Shown piece after piece: positions 1-13,445 of a DNA stretch of 64,000 nt. This stretch comes from Kudoa neothunni (Eukaryota; Animalia; Cnidaria), in assembly GCA_964304625.1 (NCBI GenBank), contig OZ199838.1, positions 11,818,324-11,882,323 of the forward strand. The letters run 5' to 3'. The position numbers and the translations under genes are program-made. The stretch's first letter is position 1. Each line of letters begins with the position of its first letter. The notes under the pieces were generated by a model. That model did not search any database and was not told the DNA's origin. It was given only the letters and a program-made list of their open reading frames with translations.

Positions 1-80
1 ACATCTTTATTTACAGCAGGTTTTTATAATTTTAATTGGTCCTTTTAAACAAAAAATATTTTAAAATTTTTTCCATATAG

Positions 81-1357
81 TTATTGATTATGGGGTTAAC
101 TGTGACTCTGTTAAAATCCATAAAATTATACATAACGCAAGACTTGTAAATGGTTTGGATGCAGGAAAATTTGTTAATCATGGCAAATATTCTACAATCC
201 GGAAGTGTATTCAGTCTGTTTGCGACTTTCAGTCACAATCCAATCTTGTTTATTATATTGATCAACTTTGTATCGGTGTGGAATGCTACAATGATACTAC
301 TTGCACATATGAGACATTCGATGCAACTCCTCACACAGTAGGGGTCATCAATTCTACCCTTGTACTTTTAAACCTAACCACAAATCATCAAAACTCCATT
401 GTATCGGTATCAGGTAAATCAATGAATGTGATTAGATGGAGATGATTACATTTAGAGATACAAGTAGGTGAAAACCCTCCCAAAAAATGTTATAGTCATA
501 ACTCATTCGTTGGGACCCTACTACAAAATCAATCAAAACGTTTATTATATTTTACAACAAATTAGTTAATTAATTTTATTAAGTCATTGCAAACAATCAA
601 GGTGCTTCATTCAGCATACTTCAATGTGTTTCCAAATGCTGCTTTCTAAATAACTGTGACATCGCCTACTTGGAGGGGGATGTATGTTTCGTTCAAATTT
701 GTAATGAACCAATTGACTGTCTTCTTTCCAAAACTGACAACATTCTTTCTACTATTACCTACATAACTAGAAATCCATTTGATGAAGGTGATTTATAATG
801 AAATTCTTAGATTATCGTTTGTTTCATAGTTCCTGAACTGGAAATAGGAACTCCATGTAAACCAATATCTAGGAGCAATTTTATTATAGCAAGTCATCTT
901 CATCAGTCGAATCCAAAGAATTTCCGGAAATTTCTAGCTATAACGAAGTAAAATTCAACAAATAACTATTCAAATATTCTTAAGTTTTACATAGAATAAA
1001 ACATTAATTTTTTTTTTTAGTAATATCACACATTGTTATGAACTATGTTGCAAATTAGAACCTTGTGATACCATTTTTTACATTAGTCAATCTTGCTGGG
1101 GCTATTTCTGTGATGATATGAAGGAATGTACCGCAGAGAATGATTCCAAGGGAACTATTGTTGGCAGGGTTGTTCCTTACATAAGAACTTCCTCACCTAG
1201 ATTACATTCAAGTATCTTTTGCAATTGTTTATTTTTCTTAATTATAATTATAGAAACCATTATTGTGGCAATAAGTACACTTTCGATGGCCACTATTATA
1301 GTGCTTGGGTTGGGAAGATGCTTTTATGTTAAATTATATAAAAATCCAAAAATTTAA
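81..1357 (+). CDS. 3' part of a multi-exon type I membrane protein with at least 3 Cys-rich MANSC/PAN-like repeats (cnidarian-type)
   Basis: Spliced repeats ARLVNGLDAGKFVNHGKYSTIRKC..C...C..VEC....C, CVSKCCFLNNCDIAYLEGDVCFVQIC and CYELCCKLEPCDTIFYISQSCWGYFC. The last exon (from ~1253) encodes TIIVAISTLSMATIIVLGLGRCFY plus a basic tail ending at TAA 1357. The 5' end lies outside the window. Confidence 0.65.
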
Positions 1358-2324
1358 ATTGTAAATAAAATATACTCATTTATTATATTTGTATTATTTT
1401 ATATACTTTTTATAAATATCTAATATGTGAATTATTTTTAGTTCCATCAAATCAATTGTGTATAGATTATAATTAACAATACATTTAAACAGTATTTATA
1501 TAAAAATAAATTTTTTTTCCATATTTAAAAGTGTAAAATATTATTTAATTTTAGAATCTAATGACAAAAAGTTAGTTCCAGACGATCAACTCGTCACTAA
1601 AATTTAAACTTTCTTCTTGCAGCCATTTAGTCGGGGCCTGAGAAAATTTAATCGTCTTTATATTAGTCATAAAATACAGGTGTGTGGAAGAGAAATAATT
1701 TTTTCTAATTTTGGAAAATTCATATTTTATAAAGATATAACTAAATTTAAAAAATTTTTAATGACCTATTCTAAAGAAAATTTAGTGTGATATTCTATTA
1801 ATTGGTTAAGATGTATAAAATTCACCAAGGACAGAAAGATTATACTTCTGAGATATGCTACCTGTCTGTCCAGAGTCAGGATTGTTTATACCTGTTTCTA
1901 GGCAACCTGTATCAAAATTGATCATCTAACAATTCACAATAAATAAATATATTCTGGTTTCCGCAACAGTTGACAATAGTTGATAAGTTCGACTAAACCA
2001 ACAATAATATCTGAAATAAAAAATGTTGATTGGAAACAAAAGTAATAAATTTTTGATTATATAGTAACCCCCAGTGAGTAAATAATGTTGTTCTTGTAGA
2101 CAAAACTGGTACAGTGAACTTTTTAGCATGATTGTGTCGCTCGAATGTTAAAATGGTTTGTTAGCAGAATATTTAAAATTGAATTGACCAGATAATTAGA
2201 AATTTTCTCCATCAAACCCAAAGGATCGAGTAATTAAGAAATGTAACGCGTCAACTCAGCGTCTGTAACTTGTCAACACACTTATTCACGCGTTGTTTTG
2301 GTGTGTGGCAATAGTTCATATAAA

Positions 2325-4029
2325 ATGCTTCAAACGACACTTGCAGTAATATTATTTATTATTCCACTCATAAGAAGTGAAGGAATTTTGGACGATTTAA
2401 ATGCGGAAACAGTAAAAATAACCACCTGCGATGCAAAAGAATGTCCAGAAAAACAAGCTGGAGAACAGCTGTCCAATGGACCACTAAAAAAACTTGATCC
2501 CGTGAAAGTAAATGCTCATAAAACAAAACTCCTCTTACGGATATTAAAATGACTAAAAGACAAAATGAGAACCTTTTTTTAGATCGGCCATGAAAGAAAA
2601 ATTGAAATAACTCCAAATGTAGAAAGGACTCTTGAAACTGTAGCCCTCAGTCCAATAATATTTAGTAGATAGATGTCCAATTATAAATAAATAATTTTAA
2701 TGTTTTCAACTAGAAATGGATAACTTCCTAAACGATGAAGAGTGTGATCGTATAATGAAGCTTGCAGAAGAATTTGGATTGCACAGCAGTGATCTTCACA
2801 TGGATAGGAAATCGATAGAAAATAGAGACTATAGAAAGTCATCTACTTCTAAGGGTTCTGAGATGAGTTATTGGGATCTTAATCAGGACGGCAGAATCAG
2901 TGTTCCTGAAGAAGTAATTTCGATTAGTTGACATTTTTTAAGTGTTCCTAACTAAAGATAAAACAAGTTGCTATCAAGGAGCACTTGCTCTATATCAGTG
3001 ACGAAGAGGTTGGCAAAATGTAGTCTAATTATACTTGAATTGATTATTAATGTTATTTTAGGTTAAAAAAATTTGAAGTACCTGTAGAAATAGACGCAAA
3101 CACTACTTATATTTCACCACAAGGTTTGAGTACATTCAACGCAGCTGGTATGGCCCAATATCTTCACGATACTCGCATGAGTCATCCTCATCATCGGGAC
3201 AGAACAAGTGACCAAGTTTGGCTAAGTGCTTATGGAACAAATGACACATTACTCCATGGAATTTATGCCAAGTTAGATGGTTAAAAAATTAAAGGTTTTA
3301 TTAAATCAAACCTTAGACTACAAAAAGTAACTCAACTCCCCAAAGATATTGTAGATGCTTCTGAACCTTTCCAGGTATTCAGAAAATCAACGAATAATTC
3401 CAGTTATCTATTTCCTTTAATAATTTCAGGTGGTAAGATACGGTGAAAGAGGACATTATTACGCACACTATGACTCACAATCCAGGAAAGAATTCCAGGA
3501 ATTGCAATGTTGCCAATATATTGATGATATGCCCACCGGCTCGTCATGCAGAATTTGCAGGTAGAAAAATACAACATTCCTATCAATAGTTAAAACCATT
3601 ATTAATAATCTTACTCTAAATAGATATCTGACTGCTCTTTATTTCCTGAATGATCCAGTGGAAGGCGGTGAAACTGCCTTTCCAGTAGCTGATCAAAAAA
3701 ATTTTGATGAAAAGGTACCTACCTATTTCTCTTCGCTATAACACTTAGAGTTGAATTACAAAATGTAGGAATTCAGAGAGAGAAAAAACGGTGATATGTA
3801 CAATCTCAGCAAATTCTGCCATAGAGCTAACATTGTTGTAAAACCCAAGAAGGGTACAATGGTTCTATGGTACAATCATTTCACCACTGATGATGGCTTC
3901 CTTGGCGAATTAGACGAAGCTTCATTGCATGGTGGATGTGATGTCATCCAAGGAGAGAAATGGATAGCCACCACTTGGATTCCAGCTCCTGAAAGGGACT
4001 CGCCCAAACCCAAATATGGTCATCAATAA
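2325..4029 (+). CDS. P4HTM: Transmembrane prolyl 4-hydroxylase (2OG-Fe(II) dioxygenase with EF-hand), multi-exon
   Basis: Hydrophobic N-terminus; LKKLDPVK/IGHERKIE; MDNFLNDEECDRIMKLA; EF-hand DLNQDGRISVPE; HYYAHYDS (HxD); CRICRYLTALYFLND..EGGETAFPVAD; SLHGGCDVIQGEKWIA. GT-AG introns restore the frame. Confidence 0.9.
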
Positions 4030-4742
4030 TAAGTTTGCGTCCTTCTTTAGGCTATTATGGACTATCACTTTAATAGTATTTGCTAAAATAGTATCTATTT
4101 GAAATATTGTCAAATTTACTTACTTCTGTCTCCTCCATTTGATTATTAAATCTAACACAATGTAAATGATTAGATCGTGCGATCCAGTTGCATACGTTCG
4201 CTACGTTATTAATTTATTTAAGAGGTAGAATCGTATTCAAGTCAAACACATTTTTATTTATATAAAGCAGTATTATATAACCTCTTTGAGTAGGAATGCT
4301 GGTTTTTGACGACGGTTAAACTAATTAATAGCTTTTGTCAGACATCTCAAGAAAGCGTCGTTTCCATCGAAACTCCCTAGGTAGATTGATTACTGCTTTA
4401 ACTTAGTAGCACACATAAAACTATATAACAAATGATCTACATCGAAATCCCTTTTTACGTGCGAAAGTAATTACATGCCCCAAAATTGCCACCATGATTA
4501 AACAGAATCTATATTTTAGATTTAGTTAGTCTATATTAATTATAGCCCTCAAATAATACGCCAAATTTTGGATAATTAGTTGATATAAATCCTTCTTTAA
4601 TTCAAATTTATTTCCTAACTTATTTTTAAGAAACATTATCAAATTTGGAAACTGATTCATTATTGCTTTAATGCAATTAAATTGTTCAAAAAAGTCCACA
4701 TACAATAACAACGTAAAAAATAACGAGATTAAACGTCAACAA

Positions 4743-5394
4743 CTATTTTGGAAGTAATAAAGATATCACCAGCGGGACCAAGAACAGATACCAATATTTA
4801 AGATAGAAGGGACGATTATCTTCCATACTTTTCTGTTCGTTAGCTCTTTTAAGTACTTCTGTGTAATTTTTCAATCTTATTGGAGGAAGGTGTTCAGGAA
4901 CGTCAGTTTTGGTGTCAAAATTCATTCGACCTACAATAACGAATAAAAACTGAAATTTGCATTTTAATGCTTTCATTACTTCTTGATGATAATTTTAAAG
5001 CATTCGTTTTTGGCATTAAAGATAACGCAATCAGAGTGGTGGGATTGTGTGTGGTTGAAAAATAGCCGACGAATGATAACTGGAATCTGGCATTTTTTAG
5101 GTGGCTGATTTCTATGCAAGATGAATAATGATTCTTAGGTGTGTTTGCTGACTGGCATTCAACACAATAGAATCCATTTCCCATCTTTGAAATTTTCTTG
5201 TAGTTTTTTTCAGAGATATCAATTATCTTATCTTTAAGCAGTGGTAGTGCGCCATCCTCTTGAATTATTCGCATACTACCAAGGTTTTCGGCGGTTTTCC
5301 AATTGTCAATAGAATATGTACACGAAAGCAAATCGATATGATTGCTATAAATACCACTTAACAATAGCAGTACGAGTCCCCAGGCCCAAATCAT
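4743..5394 (-). CDS. EMC10: ER membrane protein complex subunit 10-like
   Basis: Signal peptide and C-terminal DNRPFYLKYWYLFLVPLVISLLL (EMC10 DNRSF..KYW motif plus TM). A 49-nt GT-AG intron at 4979-4931 joins the two ORFs in frame. Confidence 0.8.
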
Positions 5395-7670
5395 TATCTC
5401 GCTATTGCGTGCGCAAGAATATTTAATCGTTTAACAACTTTAGGTTATCTCAAAATGTTACATTTAAATAATATCGAAAATTTTTTTTTGATCCAATATA
5501 GAAAAATTTCACTGTTATCTAAAGATTTATTTAGTAATTTTTGATTTTTTGATTTTTAATTATATGAAATATATTATTGGTGTTGGAAAACATTGACGTT
5601 TAAGATTTTTTGGGTCTAAGAAAGAAAGTACTTATATCTAGAATTAGCGCAAGCTCGAGTGAAGATTCATAAAAATTATAGCTATATTCTATTTCTTCTC
5701 GAAAGCATGGATCGATGGAAAGAAAAATGATTTTGATTTTATAGAGCAAATACGTTTAATAATGTTTCATTTTTATTAAATATGTAAATCTACTAATTTT
5801 GGTTCATATTAATAGACTGTCGCTAATCGCGCGTAGAAATATAACCTTAATATCATACGTACGCGAGACATCCGTTTTTAAACCCTACATCTTCTACTTA
5901 AGTGTTAAGTTGCAATAAATTTTTTTAAATTGTTTTAAGAATAATGATTCAATTTAAAGGGAAATCGTTGCGGATGTTCATAATTTGTATAAATACAATA
6001 TGGTGAAATATCTAGAACAAAATTATAATATTTTTAAACTTAATGTTTGTATGTATTAATTTATTTAAAATGATTGATAATTAAGAAATAAATGGTTTGA
6101 GAAAAAAAATTTTTAGCTTAAAAGAATCATTTTTTACTTCACTTGTAAAATTAAACTTTCACATTGCAACGAACCTTTATTGCAATATAACCCAAAACTT
6201 TAATTTAGTTAATAATTTCTTTAACATTTATTTGTGTTAAAAAAATTAATAATAGAACAAATAATGATAATAACTCATGATTCCCTTTAAAATAATTTTT
6301 TGAGCGAAATTTTGGTATTTTTTAGAATATTTGATAAATTTCCGTCGTGTACATTAATAAATAATATCGAAAATTTCAGTCCTCTATAAAACACTTAAAT
6401 TATTGAAATCTCATTTTAAATTATCTAATAAAATTTGAAGGATTCAATAAAGTTAGTTAGCTTTGGGGAATTTTTTTACTTTACGGTCAGGAAAATAGCG
6501 ATTTAAATAAGACATCCTCATTTAGAAATACGCGGGAGTTCATGCCGACTCAAAATAAACTTTGAATAAAAATAATAATTTTATTAGGGGTTTTAATGCA
6601 ATTTATTTATATGAAAGTGATTATTAGTATGGTAAATAATATTAAGGTGACATTAAGTATAACGGATTCTAAGAAATTGAATCTGTAAATAGTTTGCTAA
6701 TAAGAGTTCCTAAGACTACAAAATTTCATTGCACATGCTTACATTTTAGAATGAAATTTTACCGTGCTAATGTAAGTAATAATTAAATTCCTAACATCAA
6801 ATTTATTCTTTTTTGTAATGGGGTATACTAATACACAGATATGATTTTTTTATGTACGGACGAAACAAATTTTCATTTTTTTGATAAGCTTCCTTTTTAT
6901 TTTAAATAGAAAGAATTACAATTTTAAAGTTTACTGAGAAATTCGACGAATTATTCCTAAATATACTAAATATTTTGTTGGTATATTATTCAATAAATAA
7001 GTAAACGTTTTTTCAACGTAAAGTACAAAAATATCTTACGAAAAATCAGTAATTATTATACATATCTTAATAACCTCAAAAAATTTGATATATTTAGTCA
7101 TGGTACTTTAGAAAATATTTCGTATAAGAATAATTAATAAAATTTTCCGATCCAATTTCGACATTATTTTGTTATTTTATATGCTAGTATTTTTTGAAAG
7201 AATTTTAAGTGAGGTCGAAAGATTTTGTATACAGATCAGAATCATCCTGGAATGATAAACACTAAATGTTCAAGTGTCTAATTAAGTTTTTCCCTTTAAA
7301 ATTACACCACTCACATTAATTAGTAATTATTAAATAAGTCCGTCTTCATCAGTATAAATTTTAGTCATATTTTAACAATTTAGATGAAATATATCTTAAA
7401 GCGTGTATATTCTGTTTCTAAATTCAACTCGCTGGAAAATATGATGTATTACGAAAAAGAATAAATTTATTTTATATTAAATGTATTGTATTGACTCACA
7501 ATAAAATTTTACATAATTCTGATTCCTTTGTGGGATCAATATTTCAACAAAATGGGCAAAAAACTTGAATCAGATTCAAAAAATTAATTTACTATGAAGA
7601 ATAATAATAAATTCACTAAAAACTAAGAAGTTGTGAAAATGGTTATCTTGCTTATGGAAAGCTGGCAGGC

Positions 7671-10567
7671 TTATTTCGTAATTTGAGCTACGGCGTAAAT
7701 AGGAGCCTTCTTCTTTCTTTTGGACAGTCCGAAAAGCAAAAGGGCAATCAATCCAATAAGACACAATAATCCAAGCCTAAAATGATTATTACGCGCTATT
7801 GAAAATTACTTTTTATAAATAGTTACATCGAAAACAAGATTGTTTTGTTCCTTAAATAATAATATTAGTCAAATATATGATCAAACATTTTAAATACTTT
7901 GATTTAGAAGCACTCGCATTGTCTGATTGATCTTCTGGCACTATCGGGAAAAGATAATTATTGCCCGATAACTACAATCCAATTTACCCTCTTCTGGTAC
8001 AGCAGCAACTGGATTAGCAACAGCTGTATTAGTAGCAACTGGTTTAGTGTCACCTGAGACAGTACCAACGGGTATAGAACCGATTGGTACATCATCATCA
8101 TCATCATCATTAGTTGGCATATGATTCACGGTTGCACCTCCAGCTGGAACAGTTTGTATAACTTTGTGTTGACCCGGATTTTGACCATCGGCTATTTTAC
8201 CCTAAAATTTATTAGATTGATTGCATTGTTACGTATTCGAGCAAGTAAATAATTAATTATTAAAAGTGAAATTTTACATTGAAATCTTGGGCGTGAACGT
8301 TGGACACAGGTGGAGCATATTCTATTAATTATTTGATAAAAGTAAAAATTTATAACAACAATGGATTATTACTGTTGGATTTTGGATTTTGTACAACAAA
8401 AATATTTGAATCATGATTGGGATCCATAATGATGACGTTACCGTCGGCAAATATTTTTCTTTTGTGTGCTCTCACATTCGATATATCATATAAGTTGGTT
8501 TCATCCATTGTCAGTTGGATAGGTCTACGATTCGATTCCAATTCAAATGAAGGATCGGTATATTTCCTCATTCTATCAACTTCATAGTCAACTTCGATAT
8601 TGGGATCGTTATTAGTAGCAATATTGATGTTAATGTATTGATCAGAATTTGGCTTTTTGAGAAAGGTCTTGGCCACACCGAAATGTCTCGGGCGTACAAT
8701 GAATCGGGTAATTTTAGGGACAGCTTTGTTGTCAATAATAAAACCATCGTCGCATTTCACACTGCAATGTGTGGTGTAATCGCATTGAGCAGCCAGCTTA
8801 AGACGTGTTCCTTCCTTGTTCGACGAATACAATGTGTAATCGCAGTAAGTGTCTGGTCTATTCTCTCTAGGAAGTTGAACCTTGATTTGATCTCCGGTTA
8901 ATTGGGTAAGCACAACCGGATAATCTTCCAAACGACTCTCTATAATGCATAAATAATTAAAATCTATCATTATTTAATTCGTATATACTGGTTTTCACTT
9001 GAAACACTTTCTCTGAGTAATGCGAAAATGGCACAACTTTTATCGAATAAAGATGATATTGCTTGAGACCAATTACCTCAAATGTTGAACTACATGTATT
9101 CACACATCTGTCACTGTGAAGACATCTTCCAGGATGATAAACACCCGTATTATCATTCTGAATAAAAACCATACAGTAGGTTTGGTGGGCTAAAGCATCC
9201 GTTGATGGGGTAATAACCACGGAGTTGAGTCCAGGGTGTGCAATTAACTTGAGTAGTTCAGCTTCAACCGTTTTAAATGACACACTCGATTCGCAAGTCG
9301 AATTTCTAACTACAACTAATCTATATCGGGTATTTGGTTTTAGGTTTAACAGCCTTTTAGATGCACATTGAGTATCACATGATTGTTTCCCATCTTCGCC
9401 ACATATGTGACTCATCTCATAACCGGGATATTCCTCATAATAAAGCTTCATTTGGCAGTGGTGACCTTCTTCAGCTAAAAGATCTAAGCGAACCAAAACT
9501 GAATTGTGGGTTATATCTTCCAATTCAACAATATTTTTCCCGACTAAATACAACAATAATCTAATAAATCGAACCTTAAAAACTACTAATGAAGCAATTT
9601 TCGTAGTGAGAACTCATGTATTTGGTCTTTATTTTTAGAGTATAAGAAGGTGATGATCCTGTGGTGAGTGTCATAGTCACGTTGTTGCATGGGGTGAAGC
9701 ATTTGGTTGGTTGAGTACTCGAACCACAATTTTGGATCCACGTACCACTAGAAGTTCCTTCACATACTTGAAACTCACACATTTCCTTTGGTTTAGCATT
9801 CGAGAATTCCACTTTTAATGCAGTGGTAGAGCTCCCTTTTTTCATACTTAAGGAAAATTGCTTAGCGCCTTGATCTTTGACCAAATGAGTTTTTTTGGTA
9901 TAGACATACAGAGGAGCCTGTTCTTCGCCACAGAAGAGTTTGACACGATCTTTTGTGGAAATAAATTCGGTTGAAATGGTTCCAAATCGGTGGCATTCAA
10001 CATGATTTGACATGAATTTGATTGGGATATTGTTTTCCTTGATTTGACAAACGGTGTTGCCGGTGCATAGTTTAATGGTTTCGAACACAATTTTATCCTC
10101 TTGAAAGGATGCTTTTGCGTAGAGGGGTTTTTCAAAAACTAATTAAAATCAGAAACATTTCAACTTTACAAAAATATCACTATTTTTGAGCGTCAGATAA
10201 ATGTCGGAAGTAGAGGTACTACCACTGATTTTAACATAATAGGTGTCTTTGGGATCTGGGGGTATAAAGCTGTAGACTCCAACGCAACTGACCTGTGCTT
10301 CCTCTTGATTATCAGCAATGATAGGTTGATAGGAAAGAGTGTCGTTATGGAAGGTTAAAAGACTAATTGTGCATTTTTCTGTGGGATCTCCATTCAAGCT
10401 CAAATGAACGGTGTCTTTAGTAGTTGTAGGAGATCGCTCAATTTTGTATTTGGTTGCATAAACTATGGAATATATGAGTTAATTATAACTGACAAAGATG
10501 ATTCCACAATCTCACCTGATTTGTAAATCAGTTGAAAAGTCAACAGAGCGAAAAACACCAACCCCAT
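7671..10567 (-). CDS. Gene C: type I membrane protein with Cys-rich and 4-Cys FN3-like domains; distant paralog of array genes A and B
   Basis: Signal-peptide exon MGLVFFALLTFQLIYKS at 10567. FN3-like LEDITHNSVLV...LNLKPNTRYRLVV and VIGLKQYHLYSIKV. Poly-Asp and Pro/Ala/Val/Thr stalk. TM and tail MLGLLCLIGLIALLLFGLSKRKKKAPIYAVAQITK, stop at 7671-7673. Confidence 0.8.
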
Positions 10568-12514
10568 TGTTATCGTGTAGTTGACCAAAGGCAGACAAAA
10601 ATTAACGAGTTAATACTATAATAATTAAATAGAATTGATATTTTCGGCAATTATTGATAATTTCCAGATAGTATCTATTCATACTAATAATTTTTCCATA
10701 ATGCTATAGTAGCGAACAAAAAAACTAACAACTACCTAAGTTCAAATATAACGAGAAGTATCAATAAAAAATAAAGACATGAGTCTATCTATTTAATATT
10801 GTTTACGTCCATAATTAATGAAATTAGTGGATTGTCATTCATATTGAATATTTGAATCGATATTATCGGGTATGAATGTATACAACAAGAGATTCACTCT
10901 TAATCAATCTATTGAAATAAAACTCTTTTTGATACATTAATGTAATCTTCTTCCAGCCATCTCTACCTTCATTTAAAGTTCCCAAATAAAGTATATTAAT
11001 AAAAACTTGGTATATTCTACCAAATGTAATGAACGTATGGGAGTTTTGATAAAATGAATTTCAGAAATTCTATATTTTTAATCGATGTAAGTTATACAAT
11101 TTTAACAAACACTACTTTTAAATTTTTCGAAAAATTTTATCCATTAACAAAAATAAGATCACATTAATATTTTGCCATTAGAAGTTGATAAATATGGTTG
11201 TCTCTAGTCCCCTGACAACTATAAATAAAATCTAATATATTATAAATTAATATCTTCAGCTCATATTATTCTAATTTATTATAAAGTAAATAAATATAAT
11301 TTATTACAAAAACAACTACCAATTAAGTTAGTTATGTGTTTATCGACCTACAAAATTAATCCCTTGTGTGTAATTTTGATTATAATTGATTATTTGAGTC
11401 CCCGAAGAGCTTGGTTATATACCAGAATTGATTACCTATACCAGATGTAAACAAATCAAATTTATAAGTAGATTATAAACACACGTTGCAAATATTGAAA
11501 ATTGAAAGTTGCGCGAGCGTACATTCATTTTAAGATTAAAGTTGTATGGATCAATAATTACAGTCTTAAGTTAATCCAAAAATCGGATTCACTCCATATT
11601 CAGTGTGGTTTAATAATCATTCGGCAATAGCAACGTTGCGGTTATTCTTACGAAAAAATTTAATCCTAAATGGACCAAAGCATGCGCGACCGCCATTTTT
11701 AATCCCACATTCTCTAATAAATATATGATATTCATAGTAAATTTTTAAAGCTGCAATTTTAACGTCCATAATAATGCATACATATTTTATCATTACAATG
11801 GAAATTTACACTGTATTTTAAAATATGAAACGTGAAATTTTCAGCTAAATATCATAGCTATATTTCATTTTTATTATCTTATCTCTACTTTTCTCGCAGA
11901 AATAATTCAATGCGGAGGCTATTCGCATGCCAAATTTTTAACTTAAACAGCAAGTGCGCCCGAGCAATGACAATTTTTAATCCCAACGAGTCGTACTCAC
12001 AAACTGTATAGAGATCTAATTTTCTAGAATCCGCTATATTTAATTATTCCTGATTTATCGCTTCAATCAATAGTCAGAATTAATTAAATATAATCAAAAC
12101 TAATGACACCTGAAAATTATCTATCGTTCCAATAGCCACTTTCTCTTTTAAACAATTTAAAACGATAAAGTACAGGCTCTATAACTCTAATTTTAATTTT
12201 GGTAATAAAAATCTGGGGATGAAATAAATAAACAGAATCAGATTTATCCGAATGAATTATAAAGGTACTAAAACCTTCAATATTTCGAAGAAATATCCAC
12301 CGTATACAGTCTAATTTAAAACGAAAATAAAATTCACTATTCCATTAATTTAATTTAGTTCTCATGTTCTCTGTGCTATTATAAATTAAACGCGGTTTTT
12401 ACTATTTTACGCAAGCGCTGAATTAATTACTCCTCCAACAATATTACATTAGCTGTGCAAAGAGCCACTTTCAAAATGCAAAATATTAAAAAATAGGCCT
12501 AATTATAATGAATA

Positions 12515-12587
12515 GCCCCGGGCGGGGTTCGAACCCCCCAGCCATAGTGTAAAAGGCGGTGATGCCGTAGCGCTCTGCTGATCGCTC
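12515..12587 (-). pseudogene. Degenerate tRNA-like sequence (tRNA pseudogene or SINE head)
   Basis: GC-rich island in AT-rich DNA with B-box/T-arm GGGGGTTCGAACCCC. The acceptor and anticodon stems do not pair convincingly. Confidence 0.5.
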
Positions 12588-13445
12588 ATACATTAGCTTT
12601 GGTCACATACCTCACAGGACCGACCATTACATACTTGAATATTATGGCTCATGAAGATAACAAGTTCTTTATTTTAAATGGGGATATCAAATTCTGTTTT
12701 AGCGAAGCTTACCGAAGCAATATTGATGTTATCCGAAATATATTTATTGAAGGTTAATTAATTTATTTATTTTTAATTCACTCCCAATTCTTCAAACGAA
12801 AATCATTTCAATATACCTATTATTTATCAACAGAATTATAGAATAAACGTAAGCAAATAACGCCGTATTTTTAACATAAAAATCAGCCTAGATGTGTATC
12901 CTCTATATTGGGCGCCTAATTATTTTCAACAGAAAATTTAACATATAAAGCGCCAAAACATATTTTATTTTTACACGTCACAAAAGCTCTATAAACTACG
13001 TTAACATTGAGAATCATACCAAAATTTGTCATGGCTAAAAACATTCCAACCCCACCCAATAATTATGCTAATCAAAAATAAATAAAAAAGAAAAACTGAA
13101 ATTCATCATCTCCCAATAAAATCAAGACTTCGCCTGTATTATAATCACTATCGTAATTAATCAATTAATTTGTTGAGAAACTAAGTCCAGAAATATCTCC
13201 TCAAACGTTAATCTGAGGCAACAATCACAAATATCAAATGATTGGATACATTAAAAATGATTTTTATCAATAAATTTGTTCATTAACCAAACAATTTGAC
13301 TGTAATCAAATTCAAACAACTATACGAATGATGACGGTTAGAGACGAATCATTGCAGATTAATCTCTAGGTTGAATCACACAGAAGCGCCACTAGCAACC
13401 TGTGAAATTCACTATTAACTCTGCGATCCTCCTGGAATAGTTGCG

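Noticed and set aside
1780-2220. Small minus-strand gene head-to-head with P4HTM
   Set aside because: Some splice-like signals exist, but I could not build an open spliced frame.
12515-12587. Functional tRNA gene
   Set aside because: Only the T-arm/B-box is good. The acceptor and anticodon stems do not form, so it is kept as a pseudogene.
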